Source: a virus. Taken from it: a stretch of DNA of 64,000 nucleotides. Made by a program: the position numbers and the translations under genes. Each line of letters begins with the position of its first letter. Position 1 is the stretch's first letter. The stretch spans positions 22,886 through 86,885 of IMG/VR virus record IMGVR_UViG_3300032309_002930; one strand, given 5' to 3'. The notes below the pieces were generated by a model. That model did no database searches. It was not told the DNA's origin and saw only the letters and a list, made by a program, of their open reading frames with translations. This document shows positions 18,803 through 28,445 of the stretch, in pieces.

Positions 18803-19975
18803 ATGAACGCAAATATAAAAGATACTTATTACGGTAAAAAAATAGATACAGCTAATATCTTAAACATTGAAGACGCAAGTAAACTAATTAATAATAGGAA
18901 AACAATTATTGTAACTGGAGTCACTGGTCAAGATGGCAGTCATATGGTGGATTTCCTACTTAAAAATACTGATTATCTTATTTTTGGTGGAGTCAGAAGA
19001 TTAAGCGTATATAATCATGAAAATATTAAGCATATTAATTCTGATAGATTTTATCTTATTAATTTTGATTTAACTGATGCTCATGCGATATCAAGGACAA
19101 TAGAGAAGCTACAGCCAGATTATTTTGTTAATTTTGCTGCTCAAAGTTTTGTTGCAAGTAGTTGGGATTTTTCTAGACAAACTTGGCACACTAATTCAAC
19201 GGCTGTTCTAGATATACTTGAAGCAATTAGATTGTATAAACCATCTTGTAGATTATATCAAGCTGGCTCTAGTGAAGAATTTGGAAATGTAAAATACTCT
19301 CCACAAGATGAAGATCACCCATTAAAACCAAGAAGTCCATATGGAGCAAGTAAAGCTGCCTCTAGACAACTAGTAAAAGTATATAGAGAATCTTATGGCA
19401 TATATGCAATTCAAGGTTGGCTATTTAATCACGAAGGGACAAGAAGAGGCGAAGAATTTGTCACAAGAAAAATTAGTAAAAATGTAGCGCGTATTTATAA
19501 TGCAATTAAAAATAATGAAGATTTTCAACCACTTGAATTAGGAAATATTGAAGCCAAAAGAGATTGGAGTGATGCAGAAGATTTTGTAGAAGGAGTCTGG
19601 ATGATGTTGAATCAAGATAAATATAATAAAAATTATTCTGGCGAACCAAAGGAGTATATATTTTCATCAAATGAAACTCATACTATTAGAGAGTTTGTTG
19701 AAAAAGCTTTTCGATACGCGGATATTAATGGATCTTGGATTTACTTAGATCCAGACTGCAAAGCAGAAGATGAAATTTTTTGCACAAAAAAAGATAATGG
19801 TGAATACAAAGTACTAGTAAGAATTAATCCTAAATTCTATAGACCAGCAGAAGTAGAATTACTTCTAGGAGACTCAAATAAAGCAAGAGAAGAATTAAAT
19901 TGGAAACCTAAAATTTCTTTTGATAATTTAGTCAAAAAAATGGTAGATTGGGATATACAGAAATCTAAAGAGTGA
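18803..19975 (+). CDS. gmd: GDP-mannose 4,6-dehydratase
   Basis: TGVTGQDGS, AAQSFV, YQAGSSEEFG, PRSPYGASK, FNHEG.RRG..FVTRKI, LGN..AKRDW, YRPAEVELLLGD. Confidence 0.95.
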   Translation: MNANIKDTYYGKKIDTANILNIEDASKLINNRKTIIVTGVTGQDGSHMVDFLLKNTDYLIFGGVRRLSVYNHENIKHINSDRFYLINFDLTDAHAISRTIEKLQPDYFVNFAAQSFVASSWDFSRQTWHTNSTAVLDILEAIRLYKPSCRLYQAGSSEEFGNVKYSPQDEDHPLKPRSPYGASKAASRQLVKVYRESYGIYAIQGWLFNHEGTRRGEEFVTRKISKNVARIYNAIKNNEDFQPLELGNIEAKRDWSDAEDFVEGVWMMLNQDKYNKNYSGEPKEYIFSSNETHTIREFVEKAFRYADINGSWIYLDPDCKAEDEIFCTKKDNGEYKVLVRINPKFYRPAEVELLLGDSNKAREELNWKPKISFDNLVKKMVDWDIQKSKE

Positions 19976-20949
19976 ATATACTAGTAACTGGTGGGCTGGG
20001 TTTTATTGGTTCTAATTTTATTAAATTTATAATTAATAAAAAAGAAACAAATATTATCATAAATATAGACACGACAACAAAACAACATTCTGCAGCCAAT
20101 GAAAAAAACGTAAAAGATTTTAAAGATAACCCTAAATATAAATTTTATGATTTTTGGTTAGAGATGCTAGACAATGCTTTTATTAAAGATCAATTTAAAC
20201 AATTGATCAAAGATCATAATATAACTCATATAGTTCATTTCGCAGCCGAATCACATGTAGATAATTCAATATCTGATCCCAAACGATTTATTCAATCGAA
20301 TATATTAGGTACATTTAATCTCTTAGAAATTATTAGAGATTTTCCAGAAATTAGATTTCATCATATATCTACTGATGAAGTTTATGGCAGTTTAGGAGAT
20401 GAAGGAAAATTTACAGAAACAACAGCTTACGCTCCAAATTCTCCATACTCCGCTTCAAAAGCTTCTAGTGATATGTTGGTAAGAGCATATCACCATACAT
20501 TTAAAGCTTTAGTTACAATTTCTAATTGTTCAAATAATTATGGACCAAATCAACATAATGAAAAATTTATTCCAGTTGTCATAAATTCTATATTAAACAA
20601 TAAAAAAATACCAGTTTATGGTAATGGAAAAAATGTAAGAGATTGGATTTTTGTTGATGATCATTGTGAGGCCATATGGTTTGTACTTAATAATGGCAGG
20701 ATTGGAGAAACTTATAATATAGGTGGAAATTGCGAAAAGACAAATCTAGATATCATTAATGATATTTGCAAAGTTTTAAATTTAAATCCTCAAGATCATA
20801 TATCTTTCGTAGAGGACAGAAAAGGCCATGATTTTAGATACGCAATTGATAATTCAAAAATTAATAAAGAATTAAATTGGTTTCCAACAACATCATTTGA
20901 AGATGGAATATTAAAGACTATAGATTATTATAAAAATAAAACTTGCTAA
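19972..20949 (+). CDS. rmlB: dTDP-glucose 4,6-dehydratase
   Basis: VTGGLGFIGSNF, HFAAESHVDNSI, HISTDEVYG, PNSPYSASKA, SNNYGP, RDWIFVDDH, DRKGHDFRY. Confidence 0.96.
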   Translation: MNILVTGGLGFIGSNFIKFIINKKETNIIINIDTTTKQHSAANEKNVKDFKDNPKYKFYDFWLEMLDNAFIKDQFKQLIKDHNITHIVHFAAESHVDNSISDPKRFIQSNILGTFNLLEIIRDFPEIRFHHISTDEVYGSLGDEGKFTETTAYAPNSPYSASKASSDMLVRAYHHTFKALVTISNCSNNYGPNQHNEKFIPVVINSILNNKKIPVYGNGKNVRDWIFVDDHCEAIWFVLNNGRIGETYNIGGNCEKTNLDIINDICKVLNLNPQDHISFVEDRKGHDFRYAIDNSKINKELNWFPTTSFEDGILKTIDYYKNKTC

Positions 20950-20977
20950 TATTATAAACTTATATTATAAATATAGC

Positions 20978-21331
20978 ATGTCTAGTAGTAAATTTACTCC
21001 CCATAAACTGTGTCAATTTATAGTTAAAAAATATATTAAGAATAATGTAAATTGGCCTAGAGAAATAAAGATCGCTAAAACTTTAATCAAAACTAATAAA
21101 GGATACTCTTTTTGGAATAGTTTAAAGGAATTAAAATTACCTAGTTTGGCTTGGTTTTTAACAGATCAAGGAAAAGCTTTTCTAGCCATAGAACATAAAA
21201 AGAATGAATTATGTTTAGATAATAAACAAGAAAAAATAGTACTTAATGAAAATAAAGTGGGAGAAGATAAAAAAGTTTGTCAAAAACCTAAAAGTCTGTT
21301 AGAATTTATTACATATGGCAAAAAAATCTAA
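20978..21331 (+). CDS. Hypothetical protein
   Basis: Basic 117-aa ORF overlapping the recA start; no motif recognised. Confidence 0.6.
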   Translation: MSSSKFTPHKLCQFIVKKYIKNNVNWPREIKIAKTLIKTNKGYSFWNSLKELKLPSLAWFLTDQGKAFLAIEHKKNELCLDNKQEKIVLNENKVGEDKKVCQKPKSLLEFITYGKKI

Positions 21332-22457
21332 AGAAGAAATTATTGAAGCATCTGGTCCAAGTGCATCAGATAGATTATTATCGTTTTTAAAAGACAACAA
21401 AGAGGATCATTATAATTTTGAAGATGAGATATATTATAAGGTATCTACTGGTAGTTTAAATTTGGATATCGCTACGGGTGGTGGTTTATGTCCAGGTTTA
21501 CATAGATTTATTGGAATGAATGAGGGTGGTAAAACCTCAGAAGCATTAGAAGTAACAAAGAACTTTCTTAAATCAGTAGAAAACTCTAGAGCTTTACTAT
21601 TCAAAGCAGAGGGTAGATTAAGCAAAGAAATTAAAGAGCGTTCTGGAATTAAATTCGTAACTGATCCCAAAGAATGGGTTGATGGAACTTGCTTTGTATT
21701 TGAATGTAATATTTTTGAAACTGTTTCAGAATTGATGAAGGATCTTATTCAATCTAATGATGAAAATAAAAGATATATGTTTATTCTTGATTCAGTTGAC
21801 GGCTTGATGACAAAAGGTGATGCTCAAAAAAGCATGACAGAAGCAACAAAAGTTGCTGGTGGAGCAGTTATTTCATCAATGCTAATGAAGAAGATTTCCC
21901 TCGCTCTTTCTAAACGTGGTCACATGGCAATCTTTATTAGTCAAGTTAGATCAGATATTAAACTTGACCCTTATGCAGCAAATAAGGATATTCGTCAAAC
22001 TACTGCAACTGGTGGAAATGCATTATTACATTTTGCTAATTGGATTCTAGAATTCGAACCAAAGTTTAACAAGGATCTTATTCTTGAAAAACCAAATGAC
22101 AGATATGACCCAGTAAAGAATAAGATAATTGGACATAATGTAAAAATTGCAATTAAGAAATCAACTAATGAATCCACAAATTCAAAAGTTCAATATCCAA
22201 TTAAATATGGTCGCAAAGATGGTTCGTCAGTTTGGAAAGAATATGAAGTAATTGATCAAATTCTTTCTTGGGAATTTGCATCAGCTAAAGGGGCATGGGT
22301 AACATTCTCAGATGAAATTATCGCCGAACTAAAAGAACAAAATTTAGAACTAAAAAAGCAACACCAAGGTATAGATAATCTAAGATCTTATCTAGAAGAA
22401 AATAAACCAATTGTTGATTATTTTTATAATAAATTTATTCAAACCCTTGCTTCATGA
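21315..22457 (+). CDS. recA: RecA/UvsX-family recombinase
   Basis: STGSLNLDIATGGG, Walker A GMNEGGKTS, ILDSV, IFISQVR, TGGNALLHFA, GAW. Confidence 0.9.
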   Translation: MAKKSKEEIIEASGPSASDRLLSFLKDNKEDHYNFEDEIYYKVSTGSLNLDIATGGGLCPGLHRFIGMNEGGKTSEALEVTKNFLKSVENSRALLFKAEGRLSKEIKERSGIKFVTDPKEWVDGTCFVFECNIFETVSELMKDLIQSNDENKRYMFILDSVDGLMTKGDAQKSMTEATKVAGGAVISSMLMKKISLALSKRGHMAIFISQVRSDIKLDPYAANKDIRQTTATGGNALLHFANWILEFEPKFNKDLILEKPNDRYDPVKNKIIGHNVKIAIKKSTNESTNSKVQYPIKYGRKDGSSVWKEYEVIDQILSWEFASAKGAWVTFSDEIIAELKEQNLELKKQHQGIDNLRSYLEENKPIVDYFYNKFIQTLAS

Positions 22458-22873
22458 GATTATTAAATGTTAACGGAACTCTCGTTAACAAAAATGTAAG
22501 GAAATATCTAGTAAATTGGGATGGCAAATGCAGAAGCAAACTGCAATTTAAATTCAAACAATTCTTTTATCCTTACTGGAAAAATCACATTGTATACGAA
22601 GAGTTTCCAGTTTATGGAAGCATGCTTAAAGTTGATTTATTAAATGCAACAAAAAAGATAGCAGTTGAGATACAGGGTGACCAGCATGAATCTTTTAATA
22701 AATTCTTTCATGATAATTCTAGATTAAAATACCTTCAAAGCATCAAAAGAGATGTTAAAAAAGAAAAATGGCTTGAAATAAATGAATTTAAATTCCTTCA
22801 ACTCTATGAATCTGATTTAAAAACTTTATCACCACAATACATAGAAGAAAAGTGTGGAATTTTAATTATTTAA
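22454..22873 (+). CDS. Vsr/DUF559-like endonuclease
   Basis: EEFPV..LKVDL....IAVEIQGDQH..FH...RD..K. Confidence 0.75.
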   Translation: MRLLNVNGTLVNKNVRKYLVNWDGKCRSKLQFKFKQFFYPYWKNHIVYEEFPVYGSMLKVDLLNATKKIAVEIQGDQHESFNKFFHDNSRLKYLQSIKRDVKKEKWLEINEFKFLQLYESDLKTLSPQYIEEKCGILII

Positions 22874-22885
22874 GTGTAAAATTAG

Positions 22886-23152
22886 GTGGTGACTAATAAG
22901 AAAAAATTCAATTTTCCAGATGCACTTTTAAAGCAAATTGATGAATGCAGTTTCGGTGGATATGTTCTTTTTAATTTCTCAAATAAAGGCGAGCCTCAAG
23001 TATTCACAAAGTTTGATAATCAAATAAATGCTATGGCGCTTTTATATTATTTAAATACTTGGAGCCAAAGCGTAGATCAACTTAATTTAGAAGCCACAAC
23101 AGATTTAATTGCTAGAAAAAATGACGAAGAAGACCAAGAAGACGAAGATTAA
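22886..23152 (+). CDS. Hypothetical protein with acidic tail
   Basis: GTG-start ORF preceded by GTGTAA (22874-22879). Confidence 0.6.
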   Translation: MVTNKKKFNFPDALLKQIDECSFGGYVLFNFSNKGEPQVFTKFDNQINAMALLYYLNTWSQSVDQLNLEATTDLIARKNDEEDQEDED

Positions 23153-23153
23153 C

Positions 23154-23182
23154 TTGACTTTTAATTTTTAATATAGTATCAT
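23154..23182 (+). promoter_or_regulatory. Sigma70-type promoter upstream of dnaB
   Basis: TTGACT-N17-TATCAT; ATG at 23191. Confidence 0.7.
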
Positions 23183-23190
23183 AATTGTTG

Positions 23191-24675
23191 ATGATTTATT
23201 CTATTCAAGTAGAAAGACATGTTTTAAGTGGTTTAATTAAATATCAAAATTTATTTGCAGAAGTAGATATTTTCTTAAATGATACTGATTTCTTTAATGA
23301 AGTTCATTCCACGATATATTCTGTTTACAAAAGCATAGCTCATAAAGGTGAAAAAGTAGATAAAGTACTTTTAGCGGAAAAGATTAAAAATCTTGGGATA
23401 TCTTTTAAAGATGATATTAATATATTTGATTATATTGAGAATTTAGTTTTCTCACAAATCACAGAAGAAGCTACTATGAACGCTTGTAAAGAACTAATGA
23501 AATTAAGAATCCGCAGAGAGATAGTCCAAACAGCAGATAAACTAAAATCTTTTGTCACAAAAAATGGCGAAGATGCAATTGACAAGATCATCGCGGAAGC
23601 AGATTCTATTTATAATAATAAAATTTCATCTTATATTTCGAAAGATGAACCAATTAATTTATTTGAAGGAGTTGAAGATATAATTGAGGAGTTAGGAAAT
23701 AATCCTAGAGAAGACTCTGGTTTGATTACTGGTTATCCAGAGTTTAATAGACTTTATGGTGGTTTAAAGAATGGAAACATTTACGCAATCGTAAGTCGTC
23801 CAGGCCAAGGAAAATCTACTTGGATAAATGATATATGTTTTAATGTAGCGAAGAACCCAAAGAATAAAGTTAAAACGTTAATTCTAGATACCGAAATGCA
23901 GACCTTTGATATTCAATTAAGAATGGTATCTTCTATATCAGACGTACCAATGTGGTATCTCGAAACTGGAAATTGGCGCAAAAATGAAGATATGACTAAA
24001 AAAGTTAGAGCAGCTTGGGCTCATGTTAAAAATTACGAACATTACCATTATCACGTTGGAAGTAAAAATATTGATCAAATCTGTTCTATGATTCGTAGAT
24101 GGTACTTATCAAAAGTAGGAAGAGGAAACCAAGCTTTGATTGCTTATGATTACATTAAACTAACTGGAGAAAAGGTTGGGCAAAATTGGGCAGAACATCA
24201 AGCTATTGGAGACAAGATTGATAAACTTAAAAGAATTTCAGAAGAAATTAATTGCCCAATCGTAACCGCTATGCAACTTAATAGAACTGGAGAAAACTTT
24301 AATAGAAATGCTTCAGCAGTTGTTGATGATAGTTCTGCGATTTCTTTGTCAGATAGACTACAATGGTTTGCTTCATTTGTAGCGATTTTCAGAAGAAAAA
24401 CATTAGATGAATTAGCTTTGGATGGCCAACAATTTGGAACTCATAAATTAATTCCAACCAAAACTAGATTTCAAGGTAGAGAAGCAGCTGGACATCAAGA
24501 CTTGGTTAGAAGACTAGACGCTACTGGTAAAGAGACTTGGGCACAAAATTATTTAAATTATAATGTACAAAATTTTAAGATTGAAGAACGAGGATCTTTA
24601 CATGATATCGCTACAAGACAAAGAGAGCAATATCAATTAAATGATCAAAGCGCAAATGACGGAGAATTATTGTGA
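23191..24675 (+). CDS. dnaB: Replicative DNA helicase (DnaB family)
   Basis: N-terminal E..VL..L, SRPGQGKST, DTEM, YDYIKL, MQLNR; no intein. Confidence 0.92.
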   Translation: MIYSIQVERHVLSGLIKYQNLFAEVDIFLNDTDFFNEVHSTIYSVYKSIAHKGEKVDKVLLAEKIKNLGISFKDDINIFDYIENLVFSQITEEATMNACKELMKLRIRREIVQTADKLKSFVTKNGEDAIDKIIAEADSIYNNKISSYISKDEPINLFEGVEDIIEELGNNPREDSGLITGYPEFNRLYGGLKNGNIYAIVSRPGQGKSTWINDICFNVAKNPKNKVKTLILDTEMQTFDIQLRMVSSISDVPMWYLETGNWRKNEDMTKKVRAAWAHVKNYEHYHYHVGSKNIDQICSMIRRWYLSKVGRGNQALIAYDYIKLTGEKVGQNWAEHQAIGDKIDKLKRISEEINCPIVTAMQLNRTGENFNRNASAVVDDSSAISLSDRLQWFASFVAIFRRKTLDELALDGQQFGTHKLIPTKTRFQGREAAGHQDLVRRLDATGKETWAQNYLNYNVQNFKIEERGSLHDIATRQREQYQLNDQSANDGELL

Positions 24676-25331
24676 ATGTAAAATTAGTATCTATAACGAA
24701 ACCAGATATTGAAGGATTACAAAATGCAGAAGATCTAGTAGCTTATTGTGCCAGAGTAAGCAATCCATCTAATCAAATGAATTCTGAAACCGCTCCAAAA
24801 TTACTTGGATTTCTAATTAAGCATAAACATTGGAGCCCATTTGAAATGGTTGATATGACAGTGGAAATTAAAACAAGCAGAGCAATTGCAACCCAAATTT
24901 TAAGGCATAGATCATTTAGTTTTCAAGAATTTAGTCAAAGATATAGCGCGGCAACAGATTTTGAAGATATTGAATTTAGATTGCAAGGAGATAAAAATCG
25001 TCAAGTAGGAGAGAATTTATTAGATCCAACAGATTTAAGATATGCAGATTTATATACTTCAGTTAAAGAAGCTATGGAAGCTTCAATTATTGCTTATAAT
25101 AAAATGATCCACAATGGAATAGCAAAAGAAGTAGCGCGAATGATTCTTCCACTAACAACCGAAACAACAATGTACATGAAAGGCTCGCTTAGAAGCTGGG
25201 TTCATTATCTTGAGTTAAGAACAGAGAAAAATACTCAAAAAGAACATAGACTGATTGCGGATGAATGTAAAAATATTTTTATTAAAAATTTTCCAACAAT
25301 AAGCGAGGCATTACAATGGAAAGCGGAATAA
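24672..25331 (+). CDS. thyX: Flavin-dependent thymidylate synthase
   Basis: AYCARVS, HWSPFE, QILRHRSFSFQEFSQRY, EVARMILP. Confidence 0.96.
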   Translation: MNVKLVSITKPDIEGLQNAEDLVAYCARVSNPSNQMNSETAPKLLGFLIKHKHWSPFEMVDMTVEIKTSRAIATQILRHRSFSFQEFSQRYSAATDFEDIEFRLQGDKNRQVGENLLDPTDLRYADLYTSVKEAMEASIIAYNKMIHNGIAKEVARMILPLTTETTMYMKGSLRSWVHYLELRTEKNTQKEHRLIADECKNIFIKNFPTISEALQWKAE

Positions 25332-26230
25332 ATATTCACGAAGTGTTAACCAATATAGGTTATTCACTTAAGGATTGCGGAAAAGAATATAGAACAAGAC
25401 CAATCTATAGAGATAGCGACAATGATTCTGTTTTAAGAATTTATAAAGACTCTGGAAATTGGGTTGATTTCAAAGAGAATATAAGTGGCGATTTCGCTAG
25501 TTTAATTAAACTTAGTTTAAAATTAGAAACTCAAGATCAAGCAAAAACATGGTTAAAAGAAAAGAACTTCGTAGGAACTACAGTTCTTAAAGATGAAAAA
25601 CCAAAGATTAAATCTGCAAAAACTTTTGATAAAGATTTACTTTTGAAACTTAAAAAAGATCATTCTTATTGGATTAATAGAGGAGTATCACAAGAAACTT
25701 TAAACTTGTTTTTAGGTGGAGTAGCCGATAATGGAAAGATGAAGAATAGATATGTATTTCCAATTCTTAATAGCAAAAAAGATATTGTGGGATTTTCTGG
25801 AAGAGATTTGAATTCTCAAAGCAAAATTAAATGGAAACATTTGGGAGAAAAAATTAATTGGTGTTATCCTTTATTTTTGAATATTGATGAAATTCAAACT
25901 TCTAAAGAAGTATTCTTAGTAGAAAGTATTGGTGATTGTTTATCTTTATGGGAATCTGGAATTAAAAATACTATAGTCACTTTTGGGTTAGAAGTTAGCG
26001 TATCAATTTTAAATGTTTTACTAAAAGTAGATCCTACTAAAATTTATATATCATTTAACAATGATCAAGAAAAGAATAGCGCTGGTAATATTGCAGCAGA
26101 TAAAGCTTATAATAAATTATTAAGATATTTTGATTCAAAACAATTAGAAATTAAATTACCATCCAAGAAAGATTTCGGGGAAATGAATACCGAAGAAATA
26201 TTACAATGGCAGAAGAAACCAAAAATTTAA
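25316..26230 (+). CDS. dnaG: DnaG-like primase (Toprim), degenerate zinc-binding domain
   Basis: RYVFPI..IVGFSGR, VFLVESIGD, SFNND, KDFGEM. Confidence 0.82.
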   Translation: MESGINIHEVLTNIGYSLKDCGKEYRTRPIYRDSDNDSVLRIYKDSGNWVDFKENISGDFASLIKLSLKLETQDQAKTWLKEKNFVGTTVLKDEKPKIKSAKTFDKDLLLKLKKDHSYWINRGVSQETLNLFLGGVADNGKMKNRYVFPILNSKKDIVGFSGRDLNSQSKIKWKHLGEKINWCYPLFLNIDEIQTSKEVFLVESIGDCLSLWESGIKNTIVTFGLEVSVSILNVLLKVDPTKIYISFNNDQEKNSAGNIAADKAYNKLLRYFDSKQLEIKLPSKKDFGEMNTEEILQWQKKPKI

Positions 26231-27168
26231 AAGTTCTTTCAGCTTCTAGAATCAAAACTCTTGAAACCTGTTCTTGGGTTTACTGGAATAACTATCATAC
26301 TAAAGTTCCACAATCTCAAAATGATGGAGCTTTAAGAGGAACTATTTGTCATACAGTTTTCGAATTACTTTTAAACAAAAGACATCTTAATAATTACAAA
26401 AGAATAATAAAAAAGAACGCAATTAATGGAGATAAAGGTGTTGATGCACTAGTTAAGAAATTAGCGAAAAAAGTTAAGCTAGATGATAGTAATTATAAAT
26501 TATTAAATGATATGATTTTGGTAGGTTTAAAGCATGATTTCTTTGGTGAAGCTGGAGATATAGTTAAACCAGAATATCCATTTGATATTGAAAGTCAAGA
26601 GCCTAAATATCGTATCCGAGGTTTTATAGATAAGCCAATTAAAACCAAAAAAGAAATGCATATAATCGACTACAAGAGCTCCAAATATAAATTCAGGGGT
26701 GATGACCTTGAGGCTAATATTCAAGCTATGATGTATAGTCTAGCGAGTAAAAAATTATGGCCAAAATTAAAGCCTATTGTAAAGTTCTTATTTCTTAGAT
26801 TTCCAAAGCAACCTATTCAAGAATTAACTTTTACTGATGAGCAAATTACTGGATTTGAGCACTATTTAGAGCATATCAATGACTATGTTGATAAGTTTGA
26901 TGAAAATTCTGCGAAAGCAAATTTTGCAATAGATAATGAAAAAAATAAATGGATGTGCAAAATAGGTGGCTGGAAATGTCCATATAAAGATCCTTATGAA
27001 TATTATGTTAAATTAAATGACAAAGGCGAAGTAGTTGAAACAAGTTTAGAGGATAACTTTAAAGATGTTAAAGGATTTAAAGTAGAAACTAGAAAATATG
27101 AAGGTTGTCCAAAATGGCCACAGCTTAAACAAGGTGAGAATCATGATGCTTTTGCTGATTTAAATTAG
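26206..27168 (+). CDS. PD-(D/E)xK exonuclease, Cas4/RecB/AddB-like
   Basis: LSASRI..C, GTICH, RGFIDK, IIDYKS, QAMMY, C-terminal C..C..C. Confidence 0.85.
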   Translation: MAEETKNLKVLSASRIKTLETCSWVYWNNYHTKVPQSQNDGALRGTICHTVFELLLNKRHLNNYKRIIKKNAINGDKGVDALVKKLAKKVKLDDSNYKLLNDMILVGLKHDFFGEAGDIVKPEYPFDIESQEPKYRIRGFIDKPIKTKKEMHIIDYKSSKYKFRGDDLEANIQAMMYSLASKKLWPKLKPIVKFLFLRFPKQPIQELTFTDEQITGFEHYLEHINDYVDKFDENSAKANFAIDNEKNKWMCKIGGWKCPYKDPYEYYVKLNDKGEVVETSLEDNFKDVKGFKVETRKYEGCPKWPQLKQGENHDAFADLN

Positions 27169-27171
27169 CTA

Positions 27172-27200
27172 TTGACACTATAATATATATTAATTATAAT
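27172..27200 (+). promoter_or_regulatory. Consensus sigma70 promoter, leaderless-type
   Basis: TTGACA-N17-TATAAT; ATG 6 nt after the -10 box. Confidence 0.8.
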
Positions 27201-27206
27201 ACCCAA

Positions 27207-27959
27207 ATGGAAGTATTGCCATTATTTAAGTCTCATTTTAGTATTGGAAGATCTATTCTTACTCTTGAAGATGAAGAGAAAGAAGAAAATCAACCAGATT
27301 CTATTATAGATATAGCTAAAGATAATAATTTAAAAGAAGTTAATTTAGTTGAAGATAATATGACTTCGTTTTTGCAAGCTTATACTAATACTAAGAAGTA
27401 TAATATTAACTTAAGATATGGATTAAGAATTTCTATAAATGATGATATGAACGAAAGGTCAGAAGAGTCTCGCCAAAAAACTTCTAAAGTAGTTATATTT
27501 TTTAAAAATGAACAAGGCTACAAAGATTTAATTAAAATATTTTCAACCGCTGCAAAAGATGGTTTTTATTATGAACCAAGAATAGACTTCAAAACTTTAA
27601 AATCATTATGGAGCGACAAGAATTTGCTATTATGTATTCCATTTTATGATTCTTTTATTTTTAACAATACATTAAGGAGTATGGTTTGTGTACCAGACTT
27701 AGAATTCACCAAACCAATATTATTTATTGAAAATAATAGCCTTCCATTTGATCATATTATTAAGAATAAAGTTTTAGCTTACGCCAAAGCTAATAAATTA
27801 GAAATGTTAAATACTAAAAGCATCTACTATAAAAATGGCAAGGATTTTAAAGCGTATTTAACCTTCAGATGTATTAATAATCGAACCACTTTAAATAAAC
27901 CAGAATTATCACATATGACCAGCAATCGATTTTCTTTTGAAAGCCTAAATATTAAATGA
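27207..27959 (+). CDS. Stand-alone PHP domain of DNA polymerase III alpha (split DnaE N-terminal part)
   Basis: SHFSIGRSIL, KNEQGYKDLIKI.S, GFYYEPRID match the DnaE PHP domain; metal-binding His residues partly lost. Confidence 0.8.
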   Translation: MEVLPLFKSHFSIGRSILTLEDEEKEENQPDSIIDIAKDNNLKEVNLVEDNMTSFLQAYTNTKKYNINLRYGLRISINDDMNERSEESRQKTSKVVIFFKNEQGYKDLIKIFSTAAKDGFYYEPRIDFKTLKSLWSDKNLLLCIPFYDSFIFNNTLRSMVCVPDLEFTKPILFIENNSLPFDHIIKNKVLAYAKANKLEMLNTKSIYYKNGKDFKAYLTFRCINNRTTLNKPELSHMTSNRFSFESLNIK

Positions 27960-28444
27960 ATAAAAAAGTAAATGAGTATGGCACTAAATGCCGACAAAGA
28001 GAAGATACAGAAGATCGTCTTATAGACTATAGAAACTGGAAGTATAAACAAAAATATTTATGGACTACAGATTTAGACCAAATAGAATGGACCAAACAAA
28101 ATGGCGAAGATATTCCAGTAGCAATTTTAGAAATGACCAGAATAGATAATGATTATTCAATACCACCAAATTCATATTTTGATAGCATAATAGAAAGAAT
28201 GTTCACTAGAGATACTCAAGGAAGAAAAGCCGTTATTTTAGCCGATAAATTAAATGTGCCAGCTTTTATTGTAGCTTATTTAAAAAATATGACTTACTTT
28301 ATAATGTATGATATGAAAAAAAGAGATGGATGGAAAGTTTTAAATGAAGATGAATACATAGACTGGCATTATAAAATTAGAAATATAGAAAGACCTATTC
28401 AGAAAACTCAAATAGAAGAAGATCCTTTCGCGGATATAATTTAA
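27956..28444 (+). CDS. Hypothetical protein, possible restriction-endonuclease-fold nuclease
   Basis: TDLDQIEW...PVAILEMT resembles a PD-(D/E)xK core. Confidence 0.4.
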   Translation: MNKKVNEYGTKCRQREDTEDRLIDYRNWKYKQKYLWTTDLDQIEWTKQNGEDIPVAILEMTRIDNDYSIPPNSYFDSIIERMFTRDTQGRKAVILADKLNVPAFIVAYLKNMTYFIMYDMKKRDGWKVLNEDEYIDWHYKIRNIERPIQKTQIEEDPFADII

Positions 28445-28445
28445 T

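Noticed and set aside
6034-20949. Bacterial chromosomal O-antigen locus or chimeric contig
   Set aside because: No wzx/wzy/ABC/initiating transferase; same promoter style and gene packing as the flanking phage genes; continuous with the phage replication block
26206-27168. CRISPR-Cas or anti-phage defence system based on the Cas4-like nuclease
   Set aside because: No array or other cas genes; solo Cas4-like exonucleases are common in phage replication modules
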